From Octopus sinensis (Eukaryota), in contig NC_043006.1 of NCBI RefSeq assembly GCF_006345805.1, positions 92,628,001 to 92,692,000 on the forward strand: a stretch of 64,000 nt of DNA, written 5' to 3'. Shown piece after piece: positions 25,765 through 39,303 of the stretch. Under the pieces are notes generated by a model that ran no database searches, was not told where the DNA came from, and worked only from the letters and a program-made list of their open reading frames with translations. The position numbers and the translations under genes are program-made. Position 1 is the stretch's first letter, and every line of letters begins with the position of its first letter.

Positions 25765-27814
25765 TACATGTATATGCATTATGTAAAATAGTTGTGATCC
25801 AGTAAAAATGTTACTTTTTAATATATGAGTTCGGTAGATCTTTTTCAATTTATTTGCAAATATGAAAACGGAAACACTAAACTATGCTTTCTCATAACAG
25901 ATGCTTTCGTATAATTGTTTCAATGAAAATATATTAGTATATGTTTACAGAGTTTGAGAAGCATACAAAGAAAAGGTTTGGGGTAGGGTGACAGATTTTC
26001 GTATAAGAACAGATTTAGTGAATTAATTTTAGTGTATTGTACGGATAAAATAAATTTTGTATAAGAAACACCATATTTAACTAACCAGAATTCAGCTTTC
26101 ACTCTTATTCAGCGGAGCGAAGTTTTATATAATTCTTCCATTATGTGTAAAGGTCAACCAAATATATAAGAATTTTGCTTGGCGTTGCCAATACAAGAGG
26201 TATACTATTTGGCTTATGTATGTTCTTTTCGCTTTAATAAAGGTATATGTTGGTTAATATTTCCACAAAATAATATTTCTAGAGGAATAATTATTAAGTA
26301 CAATATCAAGAGAAAACATAAAGTAACGGATTTGGTTTTTATAAAAGGATTTTCTATTCCTAGAAAGCATTCACCCAGTCTTTGTGATGAGACAATTATA
26401 GCTATTATTGACGCCGGTGTCATCTCTCTTCTTCTTATCAATATATGTCCAGTGGAGGTAAATCTATCTCAAGTTTGCAGTTTTGCTCCAGTTCAAAATA
26501 TATATTAAGAGTATGAGCGGGGGCGCACACACCAACGTTCATACGTGTAAATTTATACACATAGAATTGTGTTATACGTGTGTGTTATACGTGTGTGTAT
26601 ATTTCACACACACACACACATATATTCTACTGAACATAAACACGTGATGACGTCAATAATTCCATACAGCGCACCACTCACTCATAAATGTCGTCACCAG
26701 TGTCTCTATTTTGTTGCCATTACTTATTTACGTTTTCCTTCAGAGGCTTCTCCTAGGTAGGTTGTAAAGAATTATTTTTCGTTGTGAAAAATTCACTGCT
26801 TTTTCTAAGTACTAATATATAGGTGCTGCTTAGAAGGATTCTTTTGAGACAGCTTTATTTATTTCCATCTATCTTTCAAAATAATCTTTGCCTGTTGTAC
26901 GCTGGTGAAAAATTCGAAATATTTCGCCGTTCCATCTGTAAGTAAGCGTATATGGCTTGAGGTGGTAAGCGGAGTAAAATATGTGAAGGAAATGGTAAAA
27001 GTACTGCCTTTTGTCTGAGATCACAAAAACTAACAGCAGCAGCAGCAGCAGTAGAAGTGGTAGCAGTAGCAACAGCATCAACAGTACTAACATTTGGGGT
27101 GGGGATTTTAGCACATACGTGCATTGAAAGGACCGGATTTTAACAATGCGCTAAGCTCACGTTTTTAAAAATGTTTCTCTCGATTTTGGAAGTCATCATC
27201 ATGGCTGCTTGTGTTACATGTCTCATCATTTTATTGATTTTTAGTATAACAGTTCAATAACGTGTTCTTGACGTTTCCGTGGCCAATTTTCAACTCGTGC
27301 TTTCGTTTCGGAAATTATATTTATTCACTAATAAGTAAAATAACATTAAATTGATAGCTATTTACCTCATTCATAGGTTACTTACTTACTATGCACTTCT
27401 CTTCTATGTCTGACTCTCTGCTCATATGATTAGAACAACGTACTCACGTAGCTGTGTTGGCCTCTCTCTCCCCTCTTTTTCTTTCTCTCTCTACCTCTCT
27501 GCCTGTCTCTCTTTGTTTTTATAAACATAAAGTGTGACAATTCGCCACTTAAAATCTTTCAATGTCATCTATTTTATTTCTCCTTTCATGTGACGAAAAC
27601 ATTTTCATCAATTCCTGTATTCCTCTTTGTCTTTCTGCTACAAATTTTAGCATTGTTGTTGAAGGTGAACTTACAATGGGAAATAACTAACTGAAATTAA
27701 ATTGTCTTCGACTATTATGATTATGATATTGATTTAAATCTTCTTTTTAAATTGGGGATTGCATTTTCTAATAGTACTGCTTTTATTTGACGATATCAAA
27801 ATATACTGTACTTT

Positions 27815-27960
27815 ACAAAGAACAAAAAGTGGAATGGTGACACATTGTTCTCTGGACCGGAAGGTTCTTAAGATCCAGGAGATCATTCTACGCGCTATAT
27901 CGACTTTATTGTTGAAGTGAGCACTCAAGTTGAGATTGTTATCAACAATTACACCAAGGT
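27815..27960 (-). mobile_element. CR1/L2-like LINE RT C-terminal part (downstream half of the split element)
   Basis: Reads LGVIVDNNLNLSAHFNNKVDIARRMISWILRTFRSRE and continues the fragment at 30665-31420. Confidence 0.85.
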
Positions 27961-27990
27961 ATTATTATTATTATAATTATTATTATTATT

Positions 27991-30632
27991 CTATGTTTGA
28001 CTTTTGCTTTATGTCTGTACAAGTTGGCTCCAAGCCTCACCCAGAAACCTCAAGAGACAACAGGTTGGAAGTTCTGTGCCATATATTTGGGTTTTTTTTT
28101 TTTGGTGTTGTACTAGTGAATGTCTAATACATAAAAGAAATAAATGAATAAAAATAAATAAATTAAAAAAAAATAAGAATAAAAAAAATGTTTGTTTTAA
28201 ACCTTGGGATTACATAAACAGTATTTTGCGTAGGATATGAGCAGTTCCCATGAGCACTATCTTTTGAATTTCTGCCATTTTTGGGTTTCCTGGTATCTGA
28301 GTTAGATAGCAATCAGTCCCTTTCGCTATCATTCCCAGGGCACCTATGACAACAGGTATTGTTTTAGTCTTCAGCTTCCACATTTTGCTGATTTATATTT
28401 CAAGATCTTTATATTTGCTCAGTTTTTGGTAGGTCTTGACAGATACGTTTATATCGATTGGGACAGTAATATCAATGAGGAGGCATGTTCTTTGTCTGAA
28501 GTCTTTCAATATGATGTCTGGTCTATTTGCATGTATCTTTCTGTCAGTTTGAATGTTGAAGTTCTAGAGGAGTGAGATGTGGTCATTTTCAAGCACTGGA
28601 GGTGGATTGTGTTCCCACCAGTTTTTTTCATGGGGCAAATCCAGGTCTTTGCAAATTACCCAGTGAATATATTGTGCAGCTCTATCATGCCTATTGAGGT
28701 ACTCTGCAGGCGCTAGAAGACTGCATTTGGAGACAACATGATCAATGGTTTTATTTTGTTGTCGGCATACACGACATGTTGGGCTACTGCCGTTCTTTAA
28801 TATGTTGGCCTGGTAGTTTCTTGTTGGTAGGCATTGATCTTGAGCTGCTATGATAAACCCTTCTGTTTCAGATTTTAAGCCAGAGGCCATTAGCCATTGA
28901 TGGGTCAGGGCTTTGTCGATATCTGCGTTATTCGCTCTCTTTGGGTATTTGCCATAGAGATATTTTTCTTGCCATTTATTATTCAGAATATCTAAGGCCG
29001 CAGTTTTGGCACGGGTTTTCATGCGCCTAGCTTTTTCTGTGCTTGTTTCTTGTATGTCAATCTCTATTTCCGAAATTGGTTGTATTCGGAATTCACTTAG
29101 ATATTCCTTTGCCTGTTTTGTGACTGAGTATGATGCTTTCTTGTTTTCATGTTTTGAGACAAGTTTTAACATTCAGTCCTCAGAGTTTTTCAGGTAGGTG
29201 TCTAGGCCAATTGTAGCAATCTTCATTATTATTGCCAGTTGCAAAAGACCACGGCCTCCCTCTTTTCTTGGCAGATAGAGTCGTTCTGTATCTGCCTTAG
29301 GGTGGTGCATTCTATACATTGTCAACAGTTTCCTTATTTTTCTGTCGAGCTGACATATTTCAGTAATTGACCAGTTAACGATATTGAAACTGTAAGTCAC
29401 GACTGGTATGGCTAATGCATTCTTCGCTTCGATTCTGTTTCTTGCATTCAGCTCTGTCTTGAGTATTGCTCTCACTCTTCGACAGCATTCTCTCCTGATC
29501 CTTTCCTTCATCTCTGAATGCCTGATTCCGTTCCCTTCAATTACCCCTAGGTACTTGTAGCTCTCCGCTGGGTCTAGTTCTTTTATGACATTCTGCTGGT
29601 CAAGGTTAACGTTAGATGTTTCTGTCATTTTTCCTTTGATAAAGGTAGCTTTTGCACATTTATCGAGGCCGAATTGCATTCTGATGTGGTCACTGAATTG
29701 TTTGACTATCGCTAGTAAGCCCTTGAGTTGTTGGTCATTTTTTGCAAAAAGCTTTAAATCATCCATGTAAATGAGATGATTTATATTTTTATCAAACACC
29801 AGTATTTAGGGATTCATTGTCACTGTTCAGAGTTAGTGTGATTCTCCATGATCTCATACTTACAGTCAAGAAGTTTCGCAGAGTAGGTGCTATCTTATAC
29901 ATTTCCAGGCATTTCCTAATCCAGCTATCTGGTAGGCTATCAAAAGCCTTTTTATAGTCTATCCAGGCTATTGATAAGATTTGTGTCGTTTGTGACAATC
30001 TTCTAAGATCATCTTATTGATGAGTAGTTGGTCTTTACAGCCGTAGGATCCACGTTTACATCCTTTCTGTTCATTAGGGAATATGCTGCTGTCTGTTAAA
30101 AGACTATAGGTATATTCCGTCAGGACAGATGTTAGTGTTCTGTACATAGTTGTTAAGCAGGTTATGGGTCTATAGTTTTTTGGTTCATTTGTTTCTTCAC
30201 TTTTTGGAAGCAGGAATGTTAACCCATTAACTAGCCAAGGAGGCATCCTACTAGGGTGTTGCAAAACATCATTGTACAGTTCTGTTAGCAGTTCATGGCT
30301 CTCTGGGAAGGCATTCAGCCAGAAGTTAGGAATTTTATCCTTTCCTGGAGACTTCCATTTGCTTGACCTCGTGAGAGCAGATCTTATATCTTCTACCTTG
30401 ACACCCTCCCACTTTTGCTCTTCTAAGGGGTCCAGTTCTGTAGATATTCTGTCAATCCAGGGGGCCTTTTCGTTGTGTGTTTTTTCTTCTGCCCAGATTT
30501 TATTCCAAAATCCCTGCACTTCTTCTTTTGATGGTACAGACCGCTTTTTCCTATCTTCCCGTAAAAATTCTTGGTGTTATTTTTGAACATGTTGTTGTCC
30601 TTGAAAAATCTAACACGCTTTTCATACCTCGC
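27991..30632 (-). mobile_element. 5'-truncated Dong/R4-like non-LTR retrotransposon in (TAA)n
   Basis: RT motifs (NYRPITCL, WIDYKKAFDS, HLIYMDDLKLFA, YKYLG), a CCHC knuckle CRVCRQQNKTIDHVVSKC, and an RLE (RPDIILKD..LIDITVP..KYKDL) ending at a stop near 28210. TAA tracts lie at 27960-27990 and 30633-30655. Frameshifts and deletions are present. Confidence 0.95.
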
Positions 30633-30664
30633 TATTATTATTATTATTATTATTAGTATTGTAA

Positions 30665-31420
30665 GATATTATTATTAGATGCTGTGAGTGGTTCCCCTGA
30701 AGGAAGAGAGTATGGCTGTTTTAATATAGACTTTCTTCCAAAATGCATCAGCCCAAATTTTCCCTTGTTTAGTTGCATTTTGTTTTTGTCTGCCCATTGA
30801 CTCACAGCTTATAGATCAGACTGGAGTTAAGTTCGGTCATCTTCTTCATTGATGATTTTCTGGAGTATAGAATCATCAGCAAATATTTTCACTTTGCGGT
30901 GATTTACGACGCTGAAAAGTTCGTTTATGTAAATTATAAAGAGGATCGGGCCAAGAAGTTTTCCACGGATTCCAACATTTACCATTTTGAGAGAAAGATA
31001 TTATGGTCAACCCTGTCGAATGCTTTACTGAAGTCAAGATATATGACATCAGAGTTCGAACTCATTCCCAAAGCTTTAAGTATATCTTCAGTGTGGTGTA
31101 AGAGCTGTGTTAGACAGTCCCTGCCACAGCGAAAGCCATGCTAATTTGCATTTAGGAGTTAGTAGGTCTCGAGAAAGTCAGCAATCCTTGATCTTACCAC
31201 TCTTTGAAACACTTTAATAATGTGGGAGGTGAATGAGATTGGGCGATAGTTCAGTGCGAGGGATCTGTTTCCCTGTTTGAAAACCGGGATGACAGACTCG
31301 GATAGAAGCTGTTTCGGTATATAATCTGAGTCTAAAGAATTTCTCCAGAGGTTGGTCAGAGGGACAGCAAGTTGGTGTCTACATTCCTTCAGGAGACTAG
31401 TGAGGAACCTACCAGAGCTT
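30665..31420 (-). mobile_element. CR1/L2-like LINE RT (upstream half of the split element)
   Basis: Reads VIPVFKQGNRSLALNYRPISFTS, HGFRCGRDCLTQLL, DVIYLDFSKAFDRVDH, LGPILFIIYIN and KIFADD, ending LTASNN at the Dong junction. Confidence 0.9.
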
Positions 31421-31968
31421 ACAGCAGAATAGTATTTAATCTCAATACTGCTGCTATGATGTTTGAGACATTTTATCTGACATTCTAAGGATTTTGTCCT
31501 TCCAAATTTTGCTATATTTTTTAAATGATGTAAATGTAAATCACGTTTCGACTCCAATCCAAAATTTGTTTTTGTTTTGTTTAGACTGAGAAGAACGCAT
31601 CGTGAGGGATATTATTTGTGTTCCTCTGTTTCGTGGTGATTTCTAATTTGTTGTCTTCGTGTTGGTAAGGCGGACAAATCCCAAACTGATCACAACAGAC
31701 TTGCAATTTATTAATTATTTTCCATATATAATATAATGAACACGTTGTATATAGTTCTTAGGCGCACTACAACTAAAAAATGAAGAAAGAAAAGAAATCT
31801 GCTATGCAAGTGTTTTGATCTGAGATCGTGTGATGAACAAAAGACATACGGCTGCCATTAATAAAATACAAAATCTGTTTAACTTTACTAAAACATTTAC
31901 GTGTAATATGGTATCAAAATTTTTGTCGCTCGAATCTGTGGCCAGTCCACTGACAAAGAAATTGTTAT

Positions 31969-32145
31969 GCAGGAGTGGCTGTGTGGTAAGTAGCTTGCTT
32001 ACCAGCCACATGGCTCCGAGTCCAGTCCCACTGCTTGGCACCTTGGGCAAGTATCTTCTACTATAGCTTCGGGCCGACCAAAGCCTTGTGAGAGGATTTA
32101 GTAGACGGAAACTGAAAGAATCCCGCTGTCCATACACACGCATAC

Positions 32146-32208
<63 letters not shown>

Positions 32209-32410
32209 TGTGTGTCTGTGTTTGTCCACCCCACCATCGCTTGACAACTGATGTTAGTGTGTTTACGTCTCTGTGACTTAGCGGTTTGGCAAAAAACACC
32301 GATACAATAAGTACTAGGCTTACAAAGAATAAGCCCTGGGGTTGATATGTTCGACTAAAGGCGGTGCTCCAGCATGGCTGCAGTAAAATAACTGAAACTA
32401 ATAAAAGAAT
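31969..32410 (+). mobile_element. SINE family A, full length
   Basis: tRNA-like head, central (CA)n(TA)n, conserved tail and A-rich end. Confidence 0.93.
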
Positions 32411-32523
32411 GACAATTTTAGATGACATCGCCATATAGGGATTTCATTCCTGTATAAACTAAATTAAGAAATATTGATAGAACATTATGTTATTCGTTAA
32501 ATACTGAATACCTTTCACAGTTG

Positions 32524-32563
<40 letters not shown>

Positions 32564-33226
32564 GTATATATATATATATATCTTGCAATGATTTTTTCGC
32601 TATTACTCTTGTTTTGTTAGTGCCGGTCAGTCGTTCTAGTTGGGTGATCATAGTTGATAGCAATCACTTTCGTTATCTCGCAGTCTTTTATGCTTTCCTT
32701 CTTCTTCTCTTCCTTCTCTTTTCTTTTGGCCCAATTTTCGAAGAATACAACGCGGGTCAGAGGACTGCAGGTTTCAGGGAGTAAGTGTCCGGGTAGAGAA
32801 AAATTTGAATAGTAGTAGTTGGAGGAGGAGGAGGTGCAGAAGCAGCAGTAATAGTGGTGGTCGTAGTAGTAGCAGTAGTTGCTATTGCTGTAACAGTTGT
32901 CGTGCAAATGCAGAGTATTTGTCTCTATTTTGTGTTGCTTTTCTTTGAGTCCATACGTAGACGTATGTAGATGTTTCCACAAAATAAAGGCATAAAATTT
33001 CGGGTTACGTTCCGAGGACTGATAGTAAAATTATAAGACAATGGTTAGCAATACAAAAATGGCATGTAATAAATTTTGTCATTTTCCTGTTATAAAACAA
33101 ACGGAACATATAGAATTTTGCAACACCGTCGCTTGTAGTAACTTTGTACTAAAAGGTTGAATGAGAACTATTTGGATAGTTTTGTATATAAAACCTTGAG
33201 ATATGCGAGATACGAAATATACATAA

Positions 33227-33289
<63 letters not shown>

Positions 33290-36200
33290 AATAATCGATA
33301 GAAATATTATTACGATGGGGATCTGGCCATATATTAGTAGCGGATAAATGAATAACGGCCAGAATGAATGTGCCATTAGTTTAAGCTTTAGCAATTTGAA
33401 CAAAAGAAGCTGATTTATTTACAGTAATAGAAAACTTTGTTGACTCACACACGAAAATATCACTATGGCCGTCAATGACTATAAAACATTTTCACTGTTT
33501 TTAATTTCTATCAATACAAAAGATATAGAAACATACGACTGAATTGCAATAATAAACTTCTATTATGTTGGGTAAAGAGCAATGGCGCTAACAAAGCAGA
33601 AAAGATCAGTTATATCTGCTAGATTTAATTAATCAATTATCTGTCCTATAATAATTTCCATGAGTTAAATTAAAAGCTGTCTATGTGTACTAATGAGAAA
33701 ATGGTTAGAAATTTTATTTTAACGAGTTCTCTCCAACCACCCCCAAAAGCAAGCTCATCAGTATCGGAAATGTGGAATTCGCTAAAGAAATTAAACGGGT
33801 GAGGAATACACATTTGTGTGTGATTAAACATATATCCGTCTGAAGTGGAAATGGTTTGCAATATAGCTTTCTGTTTCAATTTGTTTGTCTTAAAAAATAT
33901 TCAAATTGCAAACTTAAAACTTAGTTAAATTTCGAAAAAAAAAAAACAATTAATTATGATAAAATTCTTGCTGAACTATTCCTTTAAAATCTTACTCAAA
34001 ATTTGGAATGAATGAAGCACAGCACCTAAAACTTTGTTTTGTTAGGAGGACAATACTCAAGCCGAAGAATGGGAGTGAATGCTTGTAACATAATTGAGAT
34101 GTCAAACTGGGCCAAGGTATAAGAATACGATAAGGGTACTTAAACATCCCTTCAGATCCCACAAAACTTTAGTTTACAGAATCGCACCAACAACGCTTTG
34201 TTGGGCCGACAATAAGATACATTGGCACTGGGTGGTATTCTCCCTTCTACCATGTTTTATTTGCCGACCACACACATCACTAGTCCCCACGATTGTCAGT
34301 TATAGAATTTAGTTAAATTCGAAGGATTGACTTGTATAGTTACAACTGTGATGTTGTTGATAAAATCTTTATGCAGCTGAAGATTGCTCATTTTAAATTG
34401 ATGTACTGTTTGCATTGTTCAATTAAATGGAGTCGCATGAAACGATCGTACTGCATTACCTCTGGATATCCTTGTTGCTTATTTTGATTATATATATATA
34501 TATATTTATATGTGTGTCTGTTCTATACTTTTGTAGAATACAAATTTATTACTCTTAAAGCAGAATAAGCCTTCGTTGAATGGCTGTCCTACAATGGCTT
34601 AGCTGGCCGAAACTTCGAAGTTACTATGAACAACTTTTTGTTTAAGAAATACGCGCACACACACACATTCACGCAGGCGCACACACACACACCCACACAT
34701 AAAGATAGAAATATATATAGATATACAATGCTTACACGAATAGAGACGCAAACACACATGTATATATGTATCTTAATGCATCCTTTGGTCTCCCTATGAA
34801 CCACACTCACAACTACTCCCACAATGCCTCCTTAAAGTCTTCAATTCCTTTTTAAGTTCCATATGTCACGTGAACATCTCTCGCAGTAATATATAGTTAT
34901 AGATTCAGTAAAAAATTTCAGGCAATATCGAAAGCAATAAAATATATTGGGCCAGAAACTTATTTCCAGTATTTCAACAGAGAACCGTTAACTTTATTTC
35001 CCATAGCAAATCAATACTTATCAGTATTCAATTCCATCAAGTTTTTCACAAGGTTTTAATTTTTTCCCCTTTACAAATTTATATAATTTATTTTACTATC
35101 TTCTGTTGAATATATATCTATATCAATTTTGTGGCTTTCAGCATGATTCCGTACACGTTCAACTGTTAGTATACCCGTATATCCACTGAATCTGTAAAAC
35201 ATAACTGAAATATATGAAATCAAGGTACAAAAATATAAATAGAGATTAGTAAAAAACGAAAACAATCGATAAGAGGAAAATACATATAATGATTTTTGCT
35301 ACCGTGTAATCTGCTATAAAATAAAATATACTACTTGCAATATCTGTAAAGATTGGTTTTTAACCTCACTATCAAGGAATAACTATTAGTAAAGCGTTTG
35401 ATTATATAATTTTATGTTGAATAATATATCGGTATGATATAATGCGAGAGAAATATGATTCACTGATGTGTTTTTTTGTTATATATATAACTATATTCAT
35501 CAATGTCAAATATAAAGTTCAACATACCAGGAGAGAATTCATGGATATTTTATGCGGCTGATAAGCGACTTAGCATGTTGTGTTGCTTCTCTCTATTTAG
35601 AACTAAGATTAAAATAGTTATTGATTCCATAAAGATAATCATAAGATTATGAAGGATTGACGCAAGGATCTGGATTTTTGCTGAAAGTAATTTTTCTTGC
35701 TGGTGGTTGAAACTTTTGAGTGCATTAACGTTGTTTTTGATTTGGTTATACTTCAAATCAAGTTATGAGTGTATATTTATCTTTTGTTAAGAATGCGTGA
35801 TTGAGCCATACGTACAAGTGTGCGTGTGTCATGTGTACAAAAGAACTTGTGCGTTTATTTTCACCTCAGGAAATGAGGAAGCCTGAAGCCTTTTTGAAAT
35901 CACTTTACCTTAATTTGTTCAAAGTAACCAGTTATATATATATATATATGTATATAACACATATATATACATGTATATATAAATATGTATATAATAAATT
36001 GAACCGTGTAATTAGGTCCAGTTCCAACAAAAAGAGTACTCCATCTGGCGAGAGTAAAGATATTGTTTCATACGATCACGCCACATGCATAAACTAAGCT
36101 GACCGTCTGGTGGTGACGCTTATATTTTTTCTCCTTTGATCGTGTCACTTTATATTTATATTAAGGTTTATCACTAATTTATATTTCATATCCATACATT

Positions 36201-36676
36201 TTATATTTTTATTTATTTTTATCTATTTATTCATTATATTTTTCATATTTTTTCATATATTTTATAACTTTTTGCATATTTCATATTTGTACATACCCTT
36301 ATAAATTTTTTTATATAATTTCTTATATTCTTATATTTCTTAATTTATTTTTGTTACTTTTATTATAATTAATATTATATTGCACGATTATATTCTTATA
36401 AAACTTCCATCCACATTACTTACATCATTCACTTGATTTTACTTTTCCGCTTCTTATTCACCGCCCCTTTATATTAGGAGTTCGCTATACTGGTATCTTC
36501 CACACGATCCGTTTGGCTGTTCCCATTTTTTATATTCAGTTGTTTATTAAAGCTGCTTAGTTCGGTAGAATTGTGATGTTGGAATATTAAACATCAGGAA
36601 ACCTCAACGAAAATGCGAAGATAGGACTTTCAGTCGTGCCGTTCAGAATTCCCAATTGTGTGTGTTAATGTGTAAT

Positions 36677-36893
36677 GAAATACCTATTTCTTTACTACCC
36701 ACAAGGGGCTACACACAGAGGGGACAAACAAGAACAGACAAACGGATTAAATCGATTATATCGACCCCGGTGCGTAACTGGTACTTATTTAATCGACCCC
36801 GAAAGGATGAAAGGCAGCGGAATTTGAACTCAGAACGTAGCGGCAGACGAAATTTCGCCCGGCGTTCTAACGTTTCTGCCAGCTCGCCGCCTT
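36677..36893 (-). mobile_element. SINE family B
   Basis: Matches the 5' monomer of 17803-18185. Confidence 0.9.
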
Positions 36894-37871
36894 AGCACAA
36901 TGTAGTTCAGAGCTAAAGAAAGAAAATCGCCTTAGGAGAGATAATGAAAATGTCATACACAGTCTTTTGCCTATACTGTGGTTTATCGATTGTGTGCTCA
37001 CGTCCCACTCTGAAATGAAATTAGTATTACTAGTCTGGAGTAAATAACTAATTTCCGAACTGCAAACGCGTATTTGCGTTTCCCTAGATTAGGAAGTATA
37101 TGTATATTTAGTAATATTCCTATGTCAGGTTCAGTCTATGCTTTACGAGGTTTTATATTAAATGTCACTCTGAAAGAATACTTTGTTCTGCAGTTTTTCA
37201 ATTTAATCAATGCTTCGTATTTAGTATGCCATTAGCAATGCATGACTGGAATATGACTTTCAACATTATTACCATAAGGTAATAGACTGATGTAGAAAAT
37301 ATATGCATAATATTGCTTCTTTCTATATTCATATTTGTGATAGATGCTATAATTGCATGTCTCAACAAAGTGTAAACCAAATGTCTGTTTATCTAGAAGT
37401 TTAATTTAATAAATTATTCACTAAAAGTGTGTAATCAATATTCAAACCTACAAGAGCGATAAATAGCGATTTAGCAATTAACGAGGTTATAACATATCTG
37501 AAAAAGAAAATTTCCCATGATTAAACTACTCTTTGACTGCAAAGTTGTATCTCTTCATTAAACAGAATACTAAATATCGTGTTTACAGCTATATAGAAAT
37601 ATATATTTTCTGTCAATTATGAATGTAAGCACAGCATAGGTTAACTTTTAACTTTGTTCTAAAAGATGTTTCTGATAGAATTTTGATCCGTCAATTCTGA
37701 TATGAAGGGAATAAATATGTACTGTCACTAGAAAATAATTATGCTCACAATTTTCCCTAAAATTACGGCATCATCAGCTAATAACAATAACCACACACAC
37801 ACACGCACACATTCACATATAATCATGACCCAAGCTGAGAATTCACTGTAAAACATAAGAATCAAATAACG

Positions 37872-37931
<60 letters not shown>

Positions 37932-37937
<6 letters not shown>

Positions 37938-39039
37938 GGTATGTAGAAAAATACAACATGGACAAGAACGTATAACTCATAGAAGACGATACAATAAACA
38001 TGGACAGGACATTCGAACCCCTCAGTCTTCAGTCAAGAACCGGATCATCGTAGTAATTTCGGCTGATTAATCTTGAGATTACTAGATCACGGCCAGCCCT
38101 CCAAGAAAAACTAAGCTGGAAGCGTAGATTTCCTGGAAGAAGGATCGAATGCATACGAACACCAGGACAGCAAAAGGGACAGATATAGAAAAAACAAAAA
38201 ACAATAATGGAATACAGAAACATGAAATACAGAAGCATTAACGGTGAGAACAACAAGTGTCTTACGACTGATAACAAGCAAACAAATTTTTTTCTCTGGC
38301 GCATTGGAAAAAGCCTTTATAGCGGCGGACGAAGAACAACGATGTTAACACGACGAGGGTCAGGAGCTGAAAGGCAGATTTCGGCCAACAGTCACGTGAC
38401 AGAGAAGAGAGAGAGAGAAAAGGGGGACAAAACGCAACAAAGAGAGAGAAGAGAGAGAAAGAAGGAATCAGAGAGGAGAAGGGATGGGTGTCGAAGAATG
38501 ACCTGTGAGTGCAGAGCGAGACAAAGAAATAGGAGGGTAGTGGAAGACTAGACCAAAGGATCAGAGGAAAGAGAAGATGAATAGAGCGAAAGTAAAAATG
38601 AGAGAGAGAGAGAGACAAACAGAGAGTCGTACCAATTATTAAGAATATGTGTTCACATTAATGATAAAGGGGGTACGGGGCGCCTGGAATATATGTTAAG
38701 GTATGTAGAAAAATACAACATGGACAAGAACGTATAACTCATAGAAGACGATACAATAAACATGGACAGGACATTCGAACCCCTCAGTCTTCAGTCAAGA
38801 ACCGGATCATCGTAGTAATTTCGGCTGATTAATCTTGAGATTACTAGATCACGGCCAGCCCTCCAAGAAAAACTAAGCTGGAAGCGTAGATTTCCTGGAA
38901 GAAGGATCGAATGCATACGAACACCAGGACAGCAAAAGGGACAGATATAGAAAAAACAAAAAACAATAATGGAATACAGAAACATGAAATACAGAAGCAT
39001 TAACGGTGAGTACAACAAGTGTCTTACGACTGATAACAA
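37932..39039 (-). mobile_element. Non-coding element with 344-bp near-identical direct repeats (PLE-like partial tandem or TRIM-like)
   Basis: 37934-38277 and 38696-39039 differ by one visible substitution. The spacer is 418 bp and purine-rich, and (TA)n flanks both sides. The strand is inferred from homology to 41800-42525. Confidence 0.85.
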
Positions 39040-39266
39040 TATATATATATATCTATCTAGCTAGCTAGCTATCTATCTATATATATATATACCTATATGT
39101 CTATCTATCTCTATCTATTTATCTGTGTGCGTGTGTGTCTATCTAAGTATTTGTCTGTTTGTGTCTGTCTATCTCATTATGTACGTAAATGTTTCCAATC
39201 GTACACCCATTGGATATTTAAGTTATTGCTTCCCCGTCTTTAACAAGTCATCATTATGTGAACGTC

Positions 39267-39303
<37 letters not shown>

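Noticed and set aside
31802-32434. 210-aa ORF with a signal-peptide-like N-terminus
   Set aside because: It is the antisense reading of a full SINE A copy plus flank.
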